Made by a program: the position numbers and the translations under genes
Source of the DNA: a virus
Lineage: Duplodnaviria; Caudoviricetes
DNA length: 64,000 nucleotides
Virus record (IMG/VR): IMGVR_UViG_3300028804_000001
Span: 64,001-128,000 of that record
Reading direction: 5' to 3' (one strand)
Part shown: positions 38,600-48,221 of the stretch, one piece after another
Position numbering within the stretch: position 1 is the stretch's first letter
Layout: every line of letters starts with the position of its first letter
The notes under the pieces: generated by a model
What the model saw: only the letters and a program-made list of their open reading frames with translations
What the model was told of the DNA's origin: nothing
Databases searched by the model: none

Positions 38600-39096
38600 A
38601 CAAACAAACTCCAACTGCTAAAGAATATTCCAGATCTATTAAACAATCATTGATGGAGAATATTCTAGCGTTTAACGACACCGCGTTTATCCATTGTTTG
38701 CCACATAAGGATTTGATCATAGGTAGACGGGGTCTTCAAGGAAAAGAAAAAACAGAAGGTATTGTTCTGGTCCTTGGGCCTACAAGCTATAAGGATATTG
38801 TTATAGAAGAGGATTGCATTAAAACGAGTTTGCAGTTCGGTCAGAAATGGGAAAATATTACGATACCATTGGACTCTTTGGTATCTATATGGGACAAACA
38901 TGGTTTCTTTCAAATAAGATTGGCCGTATTTGAAGATGAGCTTTTAGAAGAAGCAGATACTCCAACTATTACAGATCCAGCAATAGATAATCCAGATTCT
39001 ATGGGAAATTCTCCACCGGAAAAGAAAAAAACAACAGTAAAAAGCGAAGGTAATGTGGTTGCTGTTGATTTTATCAAAAGAAAGAAGATAAAATGA
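38596..39096 (+). CDS. sspB: SspB-like ClpXP adaptor
   Basis: IVL..GP....L.F....I.IP...I.D core and NVVAVDF..KK tail. Confidence 0.65.
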   Translation: MNKQTPTAKEYSRSIKQSLMENILAFNDTAFIHCLPHKDLIIGRRGLQGKEKTEGIVLVLGPTSYKDIVIEEDCIKTSLQFGQKWENITIPLDSLVSIWDKHGFFQIRLAVFEDELLEEADTPTITDPAIDNPDSMGNSPPEKKKTTVKSEGNVVAVDFIKRKKIK

Positions 39097-39455
39097 GCAT
39101 TAAGGATAGACTACAAAGAAAGAAAGTTATCCTAGAGAAGAGAGCAGCCCGGAAAGAATTATTTCGAGTTAAAAAGAAAATCCAGGAACTCATTGATTCT
39201 GGAAATCCATCTAAAGTAGAAATCCGAGGAACTCTAGAATTTGTAGATGGGAGAGAAGAAGTAAGAGTAATAGGCCAGTGCTATATAGATGAAAATCAAC
39301 AAATATGGGTTCTTACAGAGAGTAATGAATTGGTAAAGTTTATTGCAACTGAGTCGCAGAGGAATGCTATAGTTGAATTAATGGAACATCAACGAAGAGC
39401 TATGGAAGAGTTAGAAGATCAAGAAAGAATATACACAACTATGTTAGGAGATTAG
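39093..39455 (+). CDS. hypothetical protein (MSIKDRL N-terminus)
   Basis: 120 aa. Confidence 0.65.
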   Translation: MSIKDRLQRKKVILEKRAARKELFRVKKKIQELIDSGNPSKVEIRGTLEFVDGREEVRVIGQCYIDENQQIWVLTESNELVKFIATESQRNAIVELMEHQRRAMEELEDQERIYTTMLGD

Positions 39456-39639
39456 TAATGACCATACTCAATATCTTTTTAATCGTATTATGTATATGGC
39501 TAATATGTTCAATAATTACATTTATAGCTATAAGGCGGATGAATCCTAAGAGAAAAATACCTATTGATATTCTAGTTAGTTTAGGATTGGGTCCCTTTGG
39601 TATTATACTTTTAATGATTGCTTTAGCGCAGGGGTAATA

Positions 39640-39915
39640 ATGTCAGAACTTTGTTATTATGTTGATGATCATGGAGATATGTGCCGCAATATGGCAGAAT
39701 GGGAGATAGCTCACTATGAAAGAGCTGGAAATCTAGAAACAGAAGAAGAGATATTGGATCCAGACGATGTATGTGAATTTGTTACATGCACTTGTAATAA
39801 TCATCTACTTCAAATGTTAGAAAAGAATTATGTGAATGTTGTCCAACATATGAAGGAAAAGGTGGATATTGGAACCCATCTGAATGGGATCATGACAGCA
39901 GAATCTTTAAACTAG
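39640..39915 (+). CDS. hypothetical protein
   Basis: 91 aa. Confidence 0.55.
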   Translation: MSELCYYVDDHGDMCRNMAEWEIAHYERAGNLETEEEILDPDDVCEFVTCTCNNHLLQMLEKNYVNVVQHMKEKVDIGTHLNGIMTAESLN

Positions 39916-39925
39916 GAGAAGAGAA

Positions 39926-40849
39926 ATGAATAAAAGAATACTTGTAACCGGCGGGAATGGATTTCTCGGATCCTATGTAGTTGATCGCCTCGAACAACTA
40001 GACCATAAGGTAGATCATCCTGATAGAAAAAGATGTAATCTTCTAGATGAGAAGAATCTCTACGACTATCTATCCTGGCTATCTCCAGATATAGTAATCC
40101 ATCTAGCTGCCGTTGTTGGAGGAATTGGAGCAAATAAAGAGAATCCTGGAAAGTTCTTCTATGAGAACATGCAGATGGGCATGAATATGATTCATGCTGC
40201 ATCTAGATTAGGTGTTGGAAAATTCGTATTTGTTGGAACTACCTGTTCCTATCCAAAATTTACTCCTGTCCCATTCAAAGAAACGGATATATGGAATGGC
40301 TACCCAGAAGAGACTAATGCACCATATGGAATTGCAAAGAAAGCACTTATTTCTATGGGCAATGCTTACCGGCAGCAATATGGATTGAACTTTATATCTC
40401 TATTGCCGGCTAATCTATATGGACCAAAAGATAACTTTGATCCAAGTGCAAGCCATGTCATTCCAGCACTGGTAAGAAAGTTTCAGGAAGCCAAAGATAA
40501 TAATTCTGAAGGTGTTACATTATGGGGAACTGGTTCAGCATCGAGAGAATTTCTATTCGTGGAAGATTGTGCCCGCGGGATCTGTCTAGCCACAGAAAGG
40601 TACGATAAAGAAGAATCGGTCAACCTTGGTTCAGGTAAAGAAATATCAATAAAGGAAGTTGCTACTATTATTGCCGAAGAGATTGGGTATTCTGGTATGA
40701 TCATATGGGATAGTTCAAAACCAGATGGTCAGCCCAGAAGATGCCTTGATACTAGCAGAGCTAAAGAGTTTGGCTTTGAAGCTAGTAAGGATTTTAGAAC
40801 CGGTGTAAGAGAAGTAATAGCCTATTGGAACCAGGTTAAATCTTCATGA
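39926..40849 (+). CDS. fcl: GDP-L-fucose synthase
   Basis: TGG.GFLG, HLAAVVGGIGAN, CSYPK, YGIAK, NLYGP.DNF, KPDGQPRR. Confidence 0.95.
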   Translation: MNKRILVTGGNGFLGSYVVDRLEQLDHKVDHPDRKRCNLLDEKNLYDYLSWLSPDIVIHLAAVVGGIGANKENPGKFFYENMQMGMNMIHAASRLGVGKFVFVGTTCSYPKFTPVPFKETDIWNGYPEETNAPYGIAKKALISMGNAYRQQYGLNFISLLPANLYGPKDNFDPSASHVIPALVRKFQEAKDNNSEGVTLWGTGSASREFLFVEDCARGICLATERYDKEESVNLGSGKEISIKEVATIIAEEIGYSGMIIWDSSKPDGQPRRCLDTSRAKEFGFEASKDFRTGVREVIAYWNQVKSS

Positions 40850-41961
40850 ATGATGTTATCTACGATAGCTATAATCCTAAATTAATCCAGCTTACTAACC
40901 AGTTAGAGCAGCTAATTAAAAAGGATCCAGATCTTGTTTTTCAAGATGATCTATTAAAAGCCATTCATTACACAGTGCACAATCGCAAATGGGTTAATAA
41001 ACGACAGTATGATGAGGCTATGCTGTCCATAAAAAAGAAACTGTCATTACACGGCAAAGTCCAGGAAGCAGCGGTACGTCCGGAGTAGTGAACATGAACG
41101 TCTTACCATGTCTTCTAAAAAGAAGAGTAAGACTAATGACTCATCTATCGCTTCTATAAGTGAAGAAGTCTACGGGACAGTTATCTTTTTTCTCTATTGC
41201 CCTGCAAGGGATCTTAAAAAACATATACTAAAGAGCAAATCGATAGTAGATACTTTTGGAGATTCAAAAACTAGAGACCATGTAACTGAAACGCCTGCAC
41301 CTGATAGCCATGGAGAAACAACTACATGGGTAAACAAGTTTAAAGATAATGACAGGCTGTATATTTTAATATGGATAAACTCAGAAACAATTACTAAGTC
41401 TAGAGGTTTCGAACACTTAGCTGGAATAGTTGCACATGAATCTCTCCATGCTTCTATATTTGCTCTTAAAAGATTACAAGTAGAGGTAGATGTAGAATCG
41501 CAAGAAGCGATCTGCTATTATATACAATGGATAGTATTAAATCTTACAAAATGGATAAAGGACAAATGGTAGCATCCCGTTACAACGATGGGATGATCAG
41601 AGTCTATTGGAACCTTCATAAGAAGTGTTATTCATTATCAGTTTATAGAAAAGGAAAAGGTTGGAGTAAAGTAGAACATAAGGACCATGTTCAGTTAAAG
41701 AATGCGTTTCCTCTAGTAAGAGTTAGAGGTAGAGAACGAGTAAGAAAAGAAAAAAGAAAGAACGTGCATGCATTCCTAATAGGATATCCGGCCGATAATC
41801 TTAAAATCGGTCTTTCTAAAATTACATATAATCCTTATGAGAATGAAACATTTGTTATAAATAGCATAGCGGGAGAAAAAGAATGGGAGGGTGGATCCAT
41901 TATAATGAAAGTAGATAACTTTCCAGATGGGCCCAAACCAAGAATCCATTTAGCATTTTAA
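40846..41961 (+). other. three hypothetical ORFs (40846-41088; 41108-41572 with HExxH; 41566-41961 with VYWNLHK)
   Basis: ORF track; HESLH is a possible Zn site. Confidence 0.6.
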
Positions 41962-41962
41962 C

Positions 41963-42445
41963 ATGGAAATAGAAGGCTACTTAATAGGCGCATCTATATA
42001 TACCTGCCTGGGTCTAGTAACAGAAACTATCTTTACATCAATTTGGAACTTTTTCTCCGACCATCAGAAGAATAATATATGGTTATTTCATGGGACTGTT
42101 TCTCTTCTTATGATTCCTGTATATTTTACAGGTTACTACTTTCTATCTGCTCCACTATCGCCTTTTCTTTCTAAATCTAACATCTATCTTACCTGCGTAA
42201 TTATAACACTGATGATATATACGGTTGAGTTCTCATGGGCATCTATCTATGACTTATTCAATATCCGACCATGGAACTATGACCATTCTACTACCCTGTT
42301 TGGGGTATATATAAGATTTGATATTCAGGGTAAGATAACAATGCTGTATCTTCCCTTCTGGCTTTTATTCTCTTTTATCACCTGGAAATATCACCTTTTG
42401 TTTGTGAATATATATGAAACATACATAAGGAAATACTGCATGTAA
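41963..42445 (+). CDS. membrane protein (CmpB/TMEM229-like)
   Basis: G...E..FT, VE, PWNY, I.G.I...Y.PFW. Confidence 0.6.
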   Translation: MEIEGYLIGASIYTCLGLVTETIFTSIWNFFSDHQKNNIWLFHGTVSLLMIPVYFTGYYFLSAPLSPFLSKSNIYLTCVIITLMIYTVEFSWASIYDLFNIRPWNYDHSTTLFGVYIRFDIQGKITMLYLPFWLLFSFITWKYHLLFVNIYETYIRKYCM

Positions 42446-42488
42446 TAGAGTTGACCGCCTGAGTTTTTTAAATAGAATGTGATACTTA

Positions 42489-42915
42489 ATGAGCTTTTCT
42501 GATGAACAGGCATGGGAAGGAGATAAATATCGCCTTGTCATTAGAACGTATTCTAAAGATTCCTCTTTCTATAGAGTAATCGTAGAGAGAAGAATGGGTC
42601 CGTTCTGGCTTCCTATGGGCGAGTTAAAAGATATTCTTAAGCTGCTGAAGAATCTTGAGATATCGCCTGACGACTTTTTATCCGAATGGGTTGAAAGAAG
42701 AAAAGGTACGAAGTAAGTATACTGTCTATTATATAACAATGGATACAAACAAGATTATTGAATTAGGTAAAACCGGCGGCGGACTTGCTGGATGGATTGC
42801 TTTAATTGTAGTTGGTGCACTCTTTCACAACTATGTTATGGCAGGCGCCATCATTGGAACCGTCTTAATGGTCGGTTTACTGGCTTTTGATATATACAAA
42901 AAAAGAAAAGGCTAA
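42489..42915 (+). other. two small ORFs (42489-42716; 42739-42915 with 2 TM segments)
   Basis: ORF track. Confidence 0.55.
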
Positions 42916-42920
42916 TTTAT

Positions 42921-42954
42921 AAAAAGGAGGCTCTTAATGGGGCCTCCTTTTTTT
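42921..42954 (+). terminator. intrinsic (bidirectional) terminator
   Basis: AAAAAGGAGGCTC-ttaatg-GGGCCTCCTTTTTTT. Confidence 0.85.
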
Positions 42955-43155
42955 ATTGACCCGTCCAAATAAAGATACTTTACTGCCTTGTGCATCTGAA
43001 ATTAGCAACTCTAAGAAGATTGCTTAGATTCTCCAAAAGCATCTATCCGCGTATTATAATCTTTATCATAGCATTGATTATCGTAGATGCTATCTCTCCT
43101 GTATGCAGGATAGAATGTAATATCAAAATTCACAACCAACAAGAGGATAAGAAAG

Positions 43156-43578
43156 ATGAATATCTTATGGAACAAAATACAAGAGTGGTTAAAAAAGAAT
43201 CTCCTTCTTGTAATCCTTATTGCTAATAGTGCGATTCTCTTATATGCTCTTCTCACTCTTGAGATTAACATCAAGAATGAGAATTTCCAATTCCAGTTCC
43301 AGTCTCAGGATCAAAGACAGTGGCAGCTGCAGCAGACCGTAATAGTTAATGGTCAGATCTTCCAGCAGTTTAAGTTAGAATCAGAAGCATGGACTGCTAA
43401 AGATTGTGGTATTGAACATCACGCTTGGAATAGTTTGTTTGGTGAGAATAATGAATTCCAGCTCTATACCTGTATTGCTAAACACTGTAAGGATAAGCCT
43501 TTTGGATGTTCTAATGTAATAGTGGATAGTAAAAACTATTCATTCTTTATTCTCTATTGGAATGTAAAAGATAAATGA
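43156..43578 (+). CDS. membrane-anchored hypothetical protein
   Basis: N-terminal TM segment. Confidence 0.55.
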   Translation: MNILWNKIQEWLKKNLLLVILIANSAILLYALLTLEINIKNENFQFQFQSQDQRQWQLQQTVIVNGQIFQQFKLESEAWTAKDCGIEHHAWNSLFGENNEFQLYTCIAKHCKDKPFGCSNVIVDSKNYSFFILYWNVKDK

Positions 43579-43913
43579 AAACCTGCCCACGTTGCAAGAA
43601 ATCTAAACAGATAACAGATTTCTATAAATCCAAGCACACTAAAGATGGCCGGCACGTATACTGTGCCGATTGCTCTAAAGCTATTAAGAAGTTATCTGAT
43701 CATAAGAATATGAAGAAGAAGGGATCTAACTTTAAGATCCCAGATTCTAAAGTATGTTCCAGATGTAAGAAAGTAAAATCATCGGATAACTTTGTTAAGA
43801 ATGAAAGATCTGGAGATGGACTCTGGTGGTACTGCAAGTCGTGCGATGCAGAATATCGTAAGATAGACTATAAGAAAAAAGCAGCTAGAAGAGCTGCTAC
43901 TAAGAAGGTATAA
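43575..43913 (+). CDS. tandem Zn-finger protein (HNH-type N-terminal repeats without nuclease)
   Basis: Two copies of K.C..C...K....F......DG....C..C. Confidence 0.75.
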   Translation: MKTCPRCKKSKQITDFYKSKHTKDGRHVYCADCSKAIKKLSDHKNMKKKGSNFKIPDSKVCSRCKKVKSSDNFVKNERSGDGLWWYCKSCDAEYRKIDYKKKAARRAATKKV

Positions 43914-43914
43914 T

Positions 43915-44667
43915 ATGATGTCCATGGCTGATTATCTTGGAGATACATCATTTAGTTCCAATAATCCAAATATTGGAGTAGCATATGGTTCAACTTCTGG
44001 ACCAATTAAAGAAGCATGTACACTCAATACATCTGGTTCTTACACTGGAGATAATATTCAGAGAATATGGGATCCTAATAAAAACTATGGTATTTGGAAT
44101 CCCCTCGAACAATATCAAGAAGCTGCTCCTACTATTACATTAGATATTCATTTAACAGAAGATGATCTCTTAACACATATGGAATCCGGCAGGCATTTAT
44201 CTCATAAAACTATTCTGTTGCTAATGATAAGACAGAGAAGAATAGAAAAAATATTAGCTAAGGCTTTGAAGGACAGTAACATCCAGGATAAATAATAACT
44301 GGTACGTATCATCTAATATATTCTCACATTAGGTATGATTAATTCGCGTGACGAAGATCCTACTGATATATCTGAAGAATGGAAAGAACTTCTTGGAGCA
44401 GAAAGGGCAGAAGAAGTTGCACAGTTTGTAGATCAGCTGATGGAAAATGCCAGCCTAATGGTAGATGGAACCTTCGGTCTTATACTTAAAAATATTTCAA
44501 TCACCGCAGAGATAGACGGAAAAGATATTCAGATTAATGCTAATCTAGTAGATCCAGGATCCGAGATAGTAGTCCTAGAACCTTCAGAGTTATTTGATGA
44601 TGAAGACACTGACTATGACATCGATGATGATACAGGTGATATTATTTTTCTCGAAAGAGAAGAATAA
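43915..44667 (+). other. two hypothetical ORFs (43915-44295; 44335-44667, very acidic)
   Basis: ORF track. Confidence 0.6.
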
Positions 44668-44674
44668 TTAATAG

Positions 44675-44756
44675 GGGGCCTGGGTGGATTTGAACCACCG
44701 TTTCTTACAGATCTGGAGTACATCTCTGTAAGCGCATAACCGCTTGCATCAAGCCC
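44675..44756 (-). ncRNA. tRNA-like RNA with enlarged anticodon arm
   Basis: Acceptor GGGCTTG/CAGGCCC, T-arm GGTGG-TTCAAAT-CCACC, 8-bp stem CTTACAGA/TCTGTAAG with 13-nt loop. Confidence 0.7.
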
Positions 44757-44759
44757 ATT

Positions 44760-44810
44760 TGGTGCCCCATCTACGACTCGACGTAGACGATAGCTTAAAC
44801 TATATGGGGC
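44760..44810 (-). ncRNA. 51-nt mini-tRNA lacking an anticodon arm, CCA encoded
   Basis: GCCCCAT-ATAG(TTTAAG)CTAT-CGT-CTACG(TCGAGT)CGTAG-ATGGGGC-ACCA. Confidence 0.7.
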
Positions 44811-44816
44811 GTTCTG

Positions 44817-44888
44817 TTAGCCATCAGGGGTTCGAACCCTGGACAAAGCCTTTTAGAGGGGCCTGCTCTACCACTGAGCTAATGGCTA
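44817..44888 (-). tRNA. amber suppressor tRNA (CTA)
   Basis: TAGCCAT TA GCTC AGTGGTA GAGC A GGCCC CTCTAAA AGGCT TTGTC CAGGG TTCGAAC CCCTG ATGGCTA A. Confidence 0.9.
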
Positions 44889-44896
44889 ATATTCTT

Positions 44897-45226
44897 TTAA
44901 AGCTTCAACAGCTTGTATTCTTTAAACACTTTCCTCCTTTTCTTATTGGTAATTGGTTCACTTGCTATGGCAGTCATAGCATAGTCAAGATCCGAATCAA
45001 TAAAATAACGGTATCTAATACCATTATCATCTAGATTGCGCATTGCTTTAATCAGTTCTCGCTCGGATCCTATAGAAAGGACCACAGTGTGGAGATTGGT
45101 TACTGATTTGTAGAAGTGGTTTATAGCCTCACAGGCTGCGTGGATGGATTGAACACATTGCTGTTCCTTAGGCAGATCGCTTCGGATCAGAATGTAGATA
45201 TAAGGTTTATCTATCTAGTGTTTCAT
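44897..45226 (-). CDS. Pth2-like peptidyl-tRNA hydrolase with in-frame TAG at codon 4
   Basis: Hand translation MKH*IDKPYIYILIRSDLPKEQQCVQSIHAACEA...VVLSIGSEREL...D.D....TAIASEP carries the PTH2 R.DL/Q..HA/VVL/TA signature; track shows only the 3' part. Confidence 0.82.
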
Positions 45227-45235
45227 GATGTAACT

Positions 45236-45265
45236 ATAGTAGCACAATATCTGGCGTACCGTCAA
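45236..45265 (-). promoter_or_regulatory. sigma70-type promoter for a near-leaderless pth/tRNA transcript
   Basis: TTGACG-N18-TACTAT with extended TG, 9 nt before ATG, no SD. Confidence 0.7.
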
Positions 45266-45344
45266 CAAAAAAAATTACTATTTATGCACATACTAACCAT
45301 TTCAAAATATTGACAGATACTTGGCAACAAGAGGATATAGCCAT

Positions 45345-45728
45345 ATGGAACAAGAAACAGGAGATACTATAGAGATTAAAGAAGCCCCTTCAAAGATACG
45401 TAAGTTTAAAAACATGAAAGAAGCTGTTCAGTATTATGGAGAACAGGGCCATACCCCTGAACAAATATCCAGGTTCACTGGATTTGATGAAGGGCATGTA
45501 CGTGCAACGATGAAAGAATTATCCCTGATAGAGGGTAATCTAGTAACTCAAGCACAAACATTAAAGCTAGTTGGACTTCTTCTAGATGAAAGTCTAACAT
45601 TTGAAGAGATCGGCCGGAAGTTTGGTATTACCAGACAGGCAGTAGAATCAGTTAAGAGGAAGGGTTTGGAGTTTGGGATTCCTTTCCCAGAAAGATCCAG
45701 TTCAACTGGAAAAAGGAGATTAAGATGA
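45345..45728 (+). CDS. double HTH DNA-binding protein (sigma region-4-like)
   Basis: TPEQISRFTG and TFEEIGRKFGITRQAV. Confidence 0.75.
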   Translation: MEQETGDTIEIKEAPSKIRKFKNMKEAVQYYGEQGHTPEQISRFTGFDEGHVRATMKELSLIEGNLVTQAQTLKLVGLLLDESLTFEEIGRKFGITRQAVESVKRKGLEFGIPFPERSSSTGKRRLR

Positions 45729-46045
45729 GACTGCAGCAGGAAGAACGGATTAGGAGATCCATTAACGAAGTCTCCCATCTGTTATCCCCCCAAGACTTAA
45801 GATCTGTTCTGAACATTCCAGAAGAGATTAGAAAAGAAATAAACACCGTAAAGAAGATCAAAGGTAGAGATCTTACTGATGCCGAACTGGAGATTCTTGC
45901 GGAGTTTACAACAAGATCTATAGAGAAGCTTGCTGAAAGTGCCACTAAAGCAAAAGAGCAAGAACCAAACCTCTTCCAAAAAGCGGTTCGTTTTTTTGAT
46001 AAGTTCCGTTTATGGGTGGAGGAACAGTTTGGCAAAAATAGCTAA
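45725..46045 (+). CDS. hypothetical protein
   Basis: 106 aa, coupled. Confidence 0.6.
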   Translation: MRLQQEERIRRSINEVSHLLSPQDLRSVLNIPEEIRKEINTVKKIKGRDLTDAELEILAEFTTRSIEKLAESATKAKEQEPNLFQKAVRFFDKFRLWVEEQFGKNS

Positions 46046-46655
46046 GAATGAAGCGTGTGTTATCATAGACTTTTGGAACTTCTCTCATTCTATATATAAA
46101 TTCTTAAAACAGGATTTAAAGCCTATAAAGGGCCAAACGAATGAAAATGCGCATAAGTCTAGTAAGATTAATTGGATAGCTGTTCCAAATATAATCGTAC
46201 AAGAATACTCTAAATCTAGTGGTAAGGGTTTGGTTCTAGAGCCTGCCAATGTTCACATACATCTAGCCTATTTCCAAAAGCATAGTAATGGCTTTATGGA
46301 AAAGCTTCTATATGCGATGGATATGGCGGGGTTCTCTATACATAATCACCCAACGGTTCTTAGAGAAACTAAGTGCGATGAATGTGGTTTAGTTAAACAA
46401 GAATACAAAGAGAAAGGTGTAGATGTATCTATTGCAGTCCAGATGCTAACTTCTAAATACCATTATATCTTTCTTCTTTCAGAAGATGCAGATCTGATAC
46501 CCGCGGTAACGGAAGTGCAAAAACATAATAAGAAAGTTATAAACGTATATACCTCTGGTAGAAATACATTTGAGGATATAAGTTTTAACGCAATGGATGC
46601 TCGTAAAATAATGGGCCGGCTGATATCTACTATACCTGGTAAGAATCTGGGATAA
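46029..46655 (+). CDS. NYN (LabA/DUF88) PIN-fold ribonuclease
   Basis: IID..N, EKGVDV.IA, LLSEDADL.P; TTG start with GGAGG SD. Confidence 0.85.
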   Translation: MAKIAKNEACVIIDFWNFSHSIYKFLKQDLKPIKGQTNENAHKSSKINWIAVPNIIVQEYSKSSGKGLVLEPANVHIHLAYFQKHSNGFMEKLLYAMDMAGFSIHNHPTVLRETKCDECGLVKQEYKEKGVDVSIAVQMLTSKYHYIFLLSEDADLIPAVTEVQKHNKKVINVYTSGRNTFEDISFNAMDARKIMGRLISTIPGKNLG

Positions 46656-46656
46656 T

Positions 46657-47316
46657 TTATCTCTGATTCTGCCACCAGGTCATATCTTTTCCCTTACCTG
46701 CATAGGTTGTGGATAAAGCGTGCCTAACTGTGATATGCTTAACCTCATCTATGTAGGTAAGCTGCCTTACCTTTTTAGATAAAGAAACGCACACCATTTT
46801 ATTATAGCCTAGATCTTCTCCAAAGGTATAAGCTTCTGGCCATCGAATATCCTTAAAGGATTTATGTAGAATATAGGATCCAACCGGGTATGGATTAAAG
46901 CTAGGTGTAATTATGTTAGCTAGTTCTGTAGTAGTCCTTATTGTTCTTCCAACGGCCCACATAAAATTATCAGGAACCATGTGATGCATATCATCTTCGG
47001 ATGGTTGGAAATATCTCTCAGAAGCAAAGAATACTGCAAGGGATCCACTAGTTAAGTTCTCTATCATACGTGAGCAGAAGAAGTTGTGAAGAACAATGTC
47101 ATCATCGTCTATGAAGTAAATATAGTCCCCAGTGGATCTGGCTAGAGCTATGTTTCTCTGAGCACCTGCGGATTTCTTTTCAGATATAACTATAGGGTTC
47201 TTGACTATCTCAATACCAGATGGGACCGCCAGGTTGTTTATGGCAGTCAGGCATCTTTTTAGATAATGTTCTCTTGGGGGTATTGTTGGAATAATGAAAT
47301 CAATCTGAATCTTCAT
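46657..47316 (-). CDS. GT2 glycosyltransferase
   Basis: IIPT, RN, FIDDDD, ED. Confidence 0.85.
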   Translation of the reverse strand: MKIQIDFIIPTIPPREHYLKRCLTAINNLAVPSGIEIVKNPIVISEKKSAGAQRNIALARSTGDYIYFIDDDDIVLHNFFCSRMIENLTSGSLAVFFASERYFQPSEDDMHHMVPDNFMWAVGRTIRTTTELANIITPSFNPYPVGSYILHKSFKDIRWPEAYTFGEDLGYNKMVCVSLSKKVRQLTYIDEVKHITVRHALSTTYAGKGKDMTWWQNQR

Positions 47317-48221
47317 TTAACTGGCAGTATGTTGTTATTAATGAATTCAGTCAACTCCGTTCTCCACCCACGCCGCATACTGTTAAGCCCAGTCTCAGCA
47401 TAGAATCTTTTAGTATCCATTACTGCATCTACTGGTCTCTTTGCTGGCCTGTTGTCACTAATGTAGCTAATAGGATATACCTTAACTGCTTTATCTATCT
47501 TATACTTAATACGCAGTGTTCTAACTATATGTTCTATGAACTCATGAGAAGATGCTTTTCCATCGCAAGATAAGTGATATGTTCCACACATTCTCTGGAA
47601 TACGCCAGCACCTCTGTTCATTATAGCAGCAATGTGTTTTGCTATATATTCGGTAGAAGTTGGGCAAACGAACCTATCTAAAAACCCGATAATCTTAGTA
47701 TCGGTGGTAATAGAACGTAATGTGGATGATAGTGTAGATGATGGGGATTCATCGTATATATCTCCAATCCTTATTACAACATGATCCTTACTTCTTGATA
47801 TTACTCCAGATTCTCCTCTTAATTTAGTCATCCCATAATAAGAAAGAGGCTTGGGAGTATCTCCTTCACTGTATGCTTTTCCAGAACTACCATCGAAAAC
47901 ATGATTGGTAGAAAAATGAAGAAGCTTAGCTTTAGATGTAGAGCATACATTGGCTAGAGTTGCTGGGAACTCAGAGTTGAGTTTTCTACATAAAGATCGA
48001 TCTTCTTCTTCGGCTTTGTCTAAATTGGTATAAGCTATACAGTTGATAACGATATTAACTTCATTAGTTTTAATGACTGATCTAAGTCTTACATCATCAA
48101 AAACATTCAACGATGCATGTGGAGGTGCAAGTAATATACTAGTATTAATGCCAGATAAAGCTCTGTGTATCTTCTGTCCTAATTTACCAGTTGAGCCAAG
48201 TAGTAATATTCTGGGTTTCAT
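47313..48221 (-). CDS. rmlD: dTDP-4-dehydrorhamnose reductase
   Basis: GSTGKLG, AYTNLDKAE, ST..VFDG, YG.TK..GE. Confidence 0.92.
   Translation of the reverse strand: MKPRILLLGSTGKLGQKIHRALSGINTSILLAPPHASLNVFDDVRLRSVIKTNEVNIVINCIAYTNLDKAEEEDRSLCRKLNSEFPATLANVCSTSKAKLLHFSTNHVFDGSSGKAYSEGDTPKPLSYYGMTKLRGESGVISRSKDHVVIRIGDIYDESPSSTLSSTLRSITTDTKIIGFLDRFVCPTSTEYIAKHIAAIMNRGAGVFQRMCGTYHLSCDGKASSHEFIEHIVRTLRIKYKIDKAVKVYPISYISDNRPAKRPVDAVMDTKRFYAETGLNSMRRGWRTELTEFINNNILPVK

Noticed and set aside
44744-45313. Plus-strand ORFs 44744-45034 and 45116-45313
   Set aside because: They are antisense to the well-supported tRNA and pth genes
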